From positions 930,001-962,000 of the forward strand of contig FP565575.1 of the NCBI GenBank assembly GCA_000091165.1: 32,000 nucleotides of DNA. The letters run 5' to 3'. The DNA comes from Candidatus Methylomirabilis oxygeniifera (GTDB taxonomy: Bacteria > Methylomirabilota > Methylomirabilia > Methylomirabilales > Methylomirabilaceae). The notes under the pieces are model-generated. The model had not been told where the DNA came from and did not search any database. It saw nothing but the letters and a program-made list of their open reading frames with translations. The translations under genes were made by a program, and so were the position numbers. Positions 26,688 to 32,000 of the stretch are shown piece after piece (position 1 is the first letter of the stretch; each line of letters opens with the position of its first letter).

Positions 26688-28175
26688 ATGCAGCGCGCGC
26701 TCATAGCCGCAAGCTTGGCAATCTGGCTGGTGTGGGGTACTGGCGTGTCGAGGGTGTTCGCCGCCGATCGGTTGAGCGAACTGGCGCAGCAGCTTGAGAG
26801 TCAGAAGCAGGCACTCGAAGCTCAGAAGCGGATCATTGAGGCGCTTCAGCGGGAGGTCAACAGCCTGAAACAAGGGCAAACCCACCAACAAACCCTGGAG
26901 CGTGAGGTAGAAGGTCTGAAGCAGGCCCAGCAGGAGAACCAAAAGCTCAAGCGGGAGGTGGAGCAGATCAGGGTTGCGGCGACACCAAAGTTCGATGCCG
27001 GTTTCAAGAATTGGCAGCCCTATATCCGATCGACAGACGGCAATTTCACCCTCAATCCGGTCGGCCGCATCCAGTTCGATTATCGTAATTTTGAGGACGG
27101 CAATAGGCGTAACCTGGACGGTACCGAACTGACCAACAGATTTCTGATCAGGCGGGCCAGAATCGGCCTTGCCGGGACGTTCTACAAATACTTCGACTTC
27201 TTCGTTGAGGCCGACTTCGGACAGGGAGCGACCGGCCGGGACGGCAATGTCGTCCTGACGGACGGCTTTCTGGATATTCACTACTGGCCCGAACTTCGAC
27301 TTCGAGCGGGGCAGTTCAAGGTGCCGTTTGGCTATGAGGAGCTGTTCTCGGACAACAACATCGACTTTGTGGAGCGATCGGTTGCGGACAACCTTGTTCC
27401 GTCCCGCGACATGGGCGCGATGGTACATGGCTCAGCGTTCGACGGCAGTGTCAGCTACGCGCTAGGAGGTTTCAACGGCTCTGGCCAGAACAAACGCGAC
27501 ACCAACGATTCAAAGGACATCGTTGGCCGGCTCGTCGTGGCGCCATTTAAGAAAGCTGAGGTGCCGTGGCTCAAGAATCTGCAGGTGGGAGGCGACGTTG
27601 CGTGGGGCGATGAGGACAGCGGTCAGAGCCTGCAGGGTAAAACTGATGCGCAGTTTGTCTTCTTCCGGTCTATCCCTACGCGGGGTGATCGACTGCGCTA
27701 TAGCGGCGAAGCAGCGTACTACTACGGGCCGTTCACGATGTACGGCGAGTATATCCAGACGCGGGAGGAGCGAAAAGGGTTGGGGACCGGAGGAAGCGAT
27801 CTGCGCGATCTGTACGGCCGGGGCTGGTACGTGACGATGACCTATATGCTGACCGGCGAGACCAAAGTTCCCGGGCAGCCGGTCATCCCAACCCGGTGGG
27901 CTTCGCCGGTGGGACCTGAGAAAGGTTGGGGAGCCTGGGAACTCGCGGCCCGCTTTGAGCAGCTTGATTTTCGCGCAAAAGACATTATGGGCAACCGGGT
28001 CAATGCCGTGACGGCCGGCGTGAACTGGTACCTTACACCAAACGTAAAGTGGATGGCCAACTTTGTTGAGAACTGGTTCTCGAATGAGCGGGGCACCCCG
28101 TTTAGTTATACCAATCCCAACAACACGCGAACAACCGCATGGGAGGTCCTCACGCGGTTGCAACTGTGGTTCTAA
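26688..28175 (+). CDS. phosphate-selective porin O/P-like outer-membrane porin with periplasmic coiled coil
   Basis: Start ATG 26688 after GGGAGGAG; signal peptide; coiled coil; QPYIRSTDGNFTLNPVGRIQFDYR; C-terminal aromatic residue (QLWF). Confidence 0.85.
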   Translation: MQRALIAASLAIWLVWGTGVSRVFAADRLSELAQQLESQKQALEAQKRIIEALQREVNSLKQGQTHQQTLEREVEGLKQAQQENQKLKREVEQIRVAATPKFDAGFKNWQPYIRSTDGNFTLNPVGRIQFDYRNFEDGNRRNLDGTELTNRFLIRRARIGLAGTFYKYFDFFVEADFGQGATGRDGNVVLTDGFLDIHYWPELRLRAGQFKVPFGYEELFSDNNIDFVERSVADNLVPSRDMGAMVHGSAFDGSVSYALGGFNGSGQNKRDTNDSKDIVGRLVVAPFKKAEVPWLKNLQVGGDVAWGDEDSGQSLQGKTDAQFVFFRSIPTRGDRLRYSGEAAYYYGPFTMYGEYIQTREERKGLGTGGSDLRDLYGRGWYVTMTYMLTGETKVPGQPVIPTRWASPVGPEKGWGAWELAARFEQLDFRAKDIMGNRVNAVTAGVNWYLTPNVKWMANFVENWFSNERGTPFSYTNPNNTRTTAWEVLTRLQLWF

Positions 28176-28216
28176 GACGCCAGGCGCCCTTATAGGCGAA
28201 AGGCCTGGGAAGGAGC

Positions 28217-28564
28217 ATGAGCAAGATGACAAAAAAGCGTTTCACGGTGATCACGGCCCGGACGCTCACGCAAGGCCAGGCGATGCACGTCGGAAAGGAG
28301 TCGAAAGAGTATGTGGACGAGATCTCTACGGCGCGAATGAACCTCAAAGACTTCGAGGAACTCGAACTGTGTGACGGCGATCGCATTCGTTTGGCCACCG
28401 AGCACGGCTCGACTGTGCTGAAATGTGCAAAGGGTGATGTGCCCCAGGGGATGGTGTTCATTGCGTATGGGCGACTGATTAATCCGATTGTTGGCCCTGA
28501 TACTCAAGCGACCGGGATGCCGGACTATAAGGGGATCGAGGCGGAGGTGGAGCGCTATGTCTGA
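28217..28564 (+). CDS. fwdD: formylmethanofuran dehydrogenase subunit D-like (molydopterin dinucleotide-binding) protein
   Basis: VGKESKEYVDEISTARMNLKDFEELELCDGDRIRLATEHGSTVLKCAKGDVPQGMVFIAYGRLINPIVG; alternative start ATG 28226. Confidence 0.85.
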   Translation: MSKMTKKRFTVITARTLTQGQAMHVGKESKEYVDEISTARMNLKDFEELELCDGDRIRLATEHGSTVLKCAKGDVPQGMVFIAYGRLINPIVGPDTQATGMPDYKGIEAEVERYV

Positions 28565-29924
28565 GAATGTAGCAGTACTGGACGCGAAACAGTTACAGGT
28601 CTTTACCGGTGTAACCTGCCCATTTTGCGGCACGGCGTGCGACGATATAGAGATCCGTGTTGAGGATGGAAAAATTACGACAGTCAAGAACGCCTGCGCC
28701 TTGGGCAAAGCGACCTATATGCACTATCAAGAGGACCTGGCGACGCCACGGATTCACGGACAACCCGCGACCATCGAGCAGTGCATCGATGCGGCCGCGG
28801 AGATCCTGGCCAAAGCCAAGTACCCCTTGATCTATGGCCTGGACTCGACCGAATTGAGCGCCCAGCGGAAGGCGATCCAGTTGGCGGAGCTGATTGGCGC
28901 CAACATCGACCACACCTCGTCGGTCTGACACGGACCAGGTCTGCAGGGTCTGCAGACAATCGGGCTTCCGACGTGTACCGTGGGAGAGATCAAGAACAGG
29001 GCGGATCTTGTGATCTACTGGGGATCGAACCCGGCGGAGGCGCATCCGCGACACCCCAGTCGCTATGCCGTGACGGCCAAGGGGCTCTTTACCCCATTGG
29101 GGAAAAAAGAACGGACGATCGTGACGGTTGATGTGAGGCCGACTTCATCATCTCGGATGGCCAATATCGCCTTCCAGATCAAGCCGAACTCCGACTATGA
29201 GGTTCTTTCCGTCCTGTTGGCGCTGGTGAAGGGTCACGAGTTGGATTGCCGTGAGGTGGGTGGAGTGGCGATCGAGGAATGGAAGGCGTTGGTAGACAAG
29301 ATGAAGCAGTGCAAGTTCGGGGTCATCTGTTGGGGGATGGGTATTACGATGAGCCGGGGTAAGCACTTCAATGCTATCGCCATCCTGAAACTGGCTCAAG
29401 AGCTGAACCGATTCACCAAGTTTTCCGGTATGCCGATGCGGGGTCATGGCAACGTGGTGGGTATCCAGCAAGTGCTGACCTGGCAGACCGGCTACCCCAT
29501 GTCCGTCAACTTCAGCCGGGGCTATCCGCGATACAACCCTGGGGAGTTTTCGGTTGCCGACCTCGTAGGCCGCAAAGAAGTAGACGCCGCCATGGTTATC
29601 GCAGCGGATGCCGTCGGTCATCTTCCGGGCAAGACGTCGGAGTATCTTCAGTCGATCCCGCTCATCGCCATCGATCCCAAAGAGAGCGACACGACGAGGG
29701 TGGCCGCGGTCGTGATTCCCGTGGCACAGGCCGGGGTGGCTGCCGCCGGCATGCAGTATCGGATGGATCATATCCCGCTCAAGCAGAAGAAGGTGGTCGA
29801 CTCGCCCTGGCCCACGGATCGTGAGGTTGTAGAGAGAATTATCGCGAAGGTGATCGCCAAGAAACACGCTAGGAGCGGCGCCGCCGCAGGTCTAGGGAAA
29901 GGGGGAGCAGCGCAGGGCACGTGA
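28557..29924 (+). CDS. fwdB: formylmethanofuran dehydrogenase subunit B-like catalytic subunit, predicted selenoprotein (Sec at TGA 28926..28928)
   Basis: [33 protein letters not shown]...[47 protein letters not shown]. ORFs 28488..28928 and 28980..29924 are in the same frame, and the intervening 51 nt are open and translate into conserved-looking family sequence. Confidence 0.9.
28939..28957 (+). promoter_or_regulatory. bacterial SECIS-like hairpin immediately downstream of the in-frame UGA
   Basis: GTCTGCAG-GGT-CTGCAGAC, 8-bp perfect stem; GGTCT starts 18 nt after the TGA. Confidence 0.82.
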
Positions 29925-30002
29925 TAGCGACCAGGGACTGACGACCATTATCGCAATCCCTCCAACTGTCATTCGCCCTGCCTGAATTTTCAGGGGGGTT
30001 CG

Positions 30003-31421
30003 GTGAGCAGCTCCGTAACCAAGGCGGAGGCGGCCGAGACGTTCTATCATCTCTCGGGTCCGAATCTGCCTCCCGTCTGTCAGGGTATCGCGTGCTTTGT
30101 AGCGCGCCACCTCAATCCGGAACGTTTCTCACAAGCTGAGACGCAATCCCCACGCCTCTATTGCCTGGGACGCTGTTTCGCCGCGCCCGCCTGCCTCACG
30201 GAACACCCTCAACCTCACATCGAAATTCGCGCTTCCCGCGGCGTCATTCTGGATCGGATCGTGCGGGGCGAGACGGGTCCGGACTATGGCGCGCTCCGGC
30301 GCGCGCTGGACCTCACGTCTGAGGAGGTATTGCGCGAGGTCGAACGATCCGAACTTCGGGGGCGCGGGGGAGCGGGCTTCCCCACCGGCAGGAAGTGGCG
30401 GGCCGTCGCTCAGCAAGAGGCCCACGAGAAATTCGTCGTCGTCAACGCGGACGAGGGCGACCCGGGCGCCTATATCGATCGCGTGATCCTCGAACGCGAT
30501 CCCCACCTGCTCCTCGAGGGCGTGAGAATCGCGGCCTACGCGGTCGGCGCCCGGAGGGGTGTCATCTATCTGCGCAAGGAATACCCTGAGGCGCTGCCGG
30601 CGTTGCAGCGCGCGGTCCAGGAAGCCGGACGGGTCTGGCCCGGCGAATTCGCCGTCGAGATCGTTGTCGGTCAGGGGAGTTACGTCTGCGGCGAGGAAAC
30701 CGCATTACTGAATTCAATTGAAGGGAAGCGCCCGGAAGTCCGGACGCGACCCCCCTATCCGACGGCGCGCGGGCTGTATCAGCGGCCGACCCTGATCAAC
30801 AATGTGGAGACCCTGGCCGCGATTCCGTGGATCATACAAGAAGGCGCCGCCGCCTACCGCAACCTCGGATTTTCGCAAAGCCGCGGGACCAAACTGCTGT
30901 CGCTGAATTCGCTGTTTCGAAAACCGGGTCTCTACGAGGTGGAGTTCGGAATCACCCTCCGGGAGGTCGTCGAGGGACTGGGCGGCGGTCTGTGTTCCGG
31001 TCCGCTGAAAGGGCTGATCGTCGGGGGACCTCTGGCCGGAGTGATCCCGCCTGAGCTGCTGGATACGCGGCTTGGCTTTGAAGAGTTGCGGGAGATCGGG
31101 GCGGGGGTAGGGCACGGCGGGGTCGTGGCCTTCGACGACCGGACGTCGATCCTGGAACTCGCCCACCATGTCTTTTCTTTCGGGGCCTATGAGTCGTGCG
31201 GCAAGTGCACTCCGTGCCGGCTCGGCTCCCCGCGTGTGGAGCAGGTGTTCGCCTTGGCCCGACAGGCGGAAACGCCGTCGCAGGGGGCGTATCGCGAATT
31301 CGGAGCAATCGTTGCGGCCTTGCATCAAGCCAGCCTCTGCGGCCATGGGACAGGGCTGGCCGCTTTCGCGATGAGTGCGATGCGTTACTATCGAAAGGAG
31401 CTGGAGGCATGCCTCGGCTAA
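30003..31421 (+). CDS. NuoE-NuoF fusion / NAD-dependent dehydrogenase FMN-FeS (diaphorase) subunit
   Basis: N-terminal CQGIAC...YCLGRCFAAPAC (2Fe-2S thioredoxin-like), then RGRGGAGFPTGRKW, NADEGDPGAYIDR, GSYVCGEETALLNSIEG, ESCGKCTPCRLG. Confidence 0.93.
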   Translation: MSSSVTKAEAAETFYHLSGPNLPPVCQGIACFVARHLNPERFSQAETQSPRLYCLGRCFAAPACLTEHPQPHIEIRASRGVILDRIVRGETGPDYGALRRALDLTSEEVLREVERSELRGRGGAGFPTGRKWRAVAQQEAHEKFVVVNADEGDPGAYIDRVILERDPHLLLEGVRIAAYAVGARRGVIYLRKEYPEALPALQRAVQEAGRVWPGEFAVEIVVGQGSYVCGEETALLNSIEGKRPEVRTRPPYPTARGLYQRPTLINNVETLAAIPWIIQEGAAAYRNLGFSQSRGTKLLSLNSLFRKPGLYEVEFGITLREVVEGLGGGLCSGPLKGLIVGGPLAGVIPPELLDTRLGFEELREIGAGVGHGGVVAFDDRTSILELAHHVFSFGAYESCGKCTPCRLGSPRVEQVFALARQAETPSQGAYREFGAIVAALHQASLCGHGTGLAAFAMSAMRYYRKELEACLG

Positions 31422-32000
31422 CGGTCAACGGGCGGGCCTTGGAGTGCGAGCCCGGCCTCACCATCTTACAGGTGCTGCGTCGGGAGGGGATCGAGGTGCC
31501 GACGCTGTGCTGGGACCAGCGGCTGCAACCCTATGGCGGTTGCCGCTTGTGCGTCGTCCGGGTCGCAGGATACGAGAAGCCGCTCACCGCCTGCAACACC
31601 CCCGTAGAGCCGGGGATGCAGATCGACAGCCATACCCCGGAACTCGAAGATCTGCGCCGCACCATGCTGGGCCTGATCGCCAGGGGGTATCCCGCCGAGG
31701 CCGTTGAGAGATGTCCGGAAAAGGAGTTCCATCGGTATATCCGCCGCTACGATCTGATGGCTGAGTTGCAGGGGCGCCCGGCGCCGGACTTGCGGGACGA
31801 CTCGCATCCGTACCTGCACGTCGACATGTCCCAGTGCGTGGACTGCTTCCGCTGCGTGCGGATCTGCGAGGAGGTGCAAGGCCAGTTCGTCTGGCGGGTA
31901 TTGGAGCGCGGCGACAGGATCCGGATTGTCCCGGACTCGGGGACCGATCTGCGGACGAGCTCGTGTGTGAGCTGTGGCGCGTGCGCGGATGCCTGCCCAA
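31409..32000 (+). CDS. NuoG/FdhA-type N-terminal ferredoxin + 2x[4Fe-4S] domain subunit, truncated by window end
   Basis: Manual translation: MPRLTVNGRALECEPGLTILQVLRREGIEVPTLCWDQRLQPYGGCRLCVVRVAGYEKPLTACNTPVEPGM...CVDCFRCVRICEEVQGQ...SSCVSCGACADACP; absent from the ORF track because it has no stop inside the window. Confidence 0.88.
   Translation, partial: MPRLTVNGRALECEPGLTILQVLRREGIEVPTLCWDQRLQPYGGCRLCVVRVAGYEKPLTACNTPVEPGMQIDSHTPELEDLRRTMLGLIARGYPAEAVERCPEKEFHRYIRRYDLMAELQGRPAPDLRDDSHPYLHVDMSQCVDCFRCVRICEEVQGQFVWRVLERGDRIRIVPDSGTDLRTSSCVSCGACADACP

Noticed and set aside
28176-28216. Possible Moco/tungsten-cofactor riboswitch before fwdD
   Set aside because: Only a short imperfect hairpin (CCAGGCGCC...GGCG...CCTGG) is visible in a 41-nt gap, too short for the known Moco RNA motif; no supportable call.
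28929-28979. Interpretation of fwdB as a nonsense pseudogene or two separate genes
   Set aside because: Same frame on both sides, only one stop, intervening codons read as family-consistent sequence ([18 protein letters not shown]), and a SECIS-like hairpin follows; Sec recoding is the better explanation.
1-32000. CRISPR arrays, tRNA or rRNA genes
   Set aside because: No regularly spaced direct repeats, tRNA cloverleaf or rRNA-like segment was recognised by eye; a tRNAscan/CRISPR-finder run would be needed to exclude them formally.

Overview
This 32 kb window comes from a high-GC bacterium; gene content would fit an NC10/Methylomirabilis-like or other deep-branching lineage, but taxonomy was not tested. 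Main blocks: (1) 1.1-7.8 kb, a minus-strand cluster of three proteins with CxxC-less HMA_2-like domains (one fused to a P2-type cation ATPase), a DUF5132-like protein, a protein of tandem 22-residue amphipathic repeats, and a divergent MetK. (2) 7.9-12.6 kb, a DUF839/PhoX-like secreted protein, a hybrid histidine kinase and a sugar-nucleotidyltransferase. (3) 12.8-14.9 kb, a two-subunit heme-copper oxidoreductase with the helix-VI CuB/FeB histidine replaced by Asp and all recognisable CuA ligands but Met lost (NO-reductase-like). (4) 15.3-18.5 kb, an MNT/HEPN pair, a 300-bp internally deleted RAYT remnant bounded by 17-bp perfect inverted repeats, and an arsR-acr3-arsC block with two ATCAA-N6-TTGAT operators. 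(5) 18.8-24.7 kb, tex, a phosphotransferase and phoR/phoB. (6) 24.9-32 kb, modE-like, molbindin, tupA, an OprO/P-like porin, fwdD, fwdB, a nuoE-nuoF fusion and a truncated nuoG/fdhA-type ferredoxin-domain gene. The strongest finding is that fwdB is split in the ORF track only by an in-frame TGA at 28926..28928. That TGA sits exactly at the catalytic Cys/Sec site (SSV-U-HGP) and is followed by a bacterial SECIS-like hairpin with GGUCU in the apical region. This looks like a bacterial selenocysteine formylmethanofuran-dehydrogenase-like catalytic subunit coupled to an NAD-diaphorase module, next to tungstate/molybdate genes.
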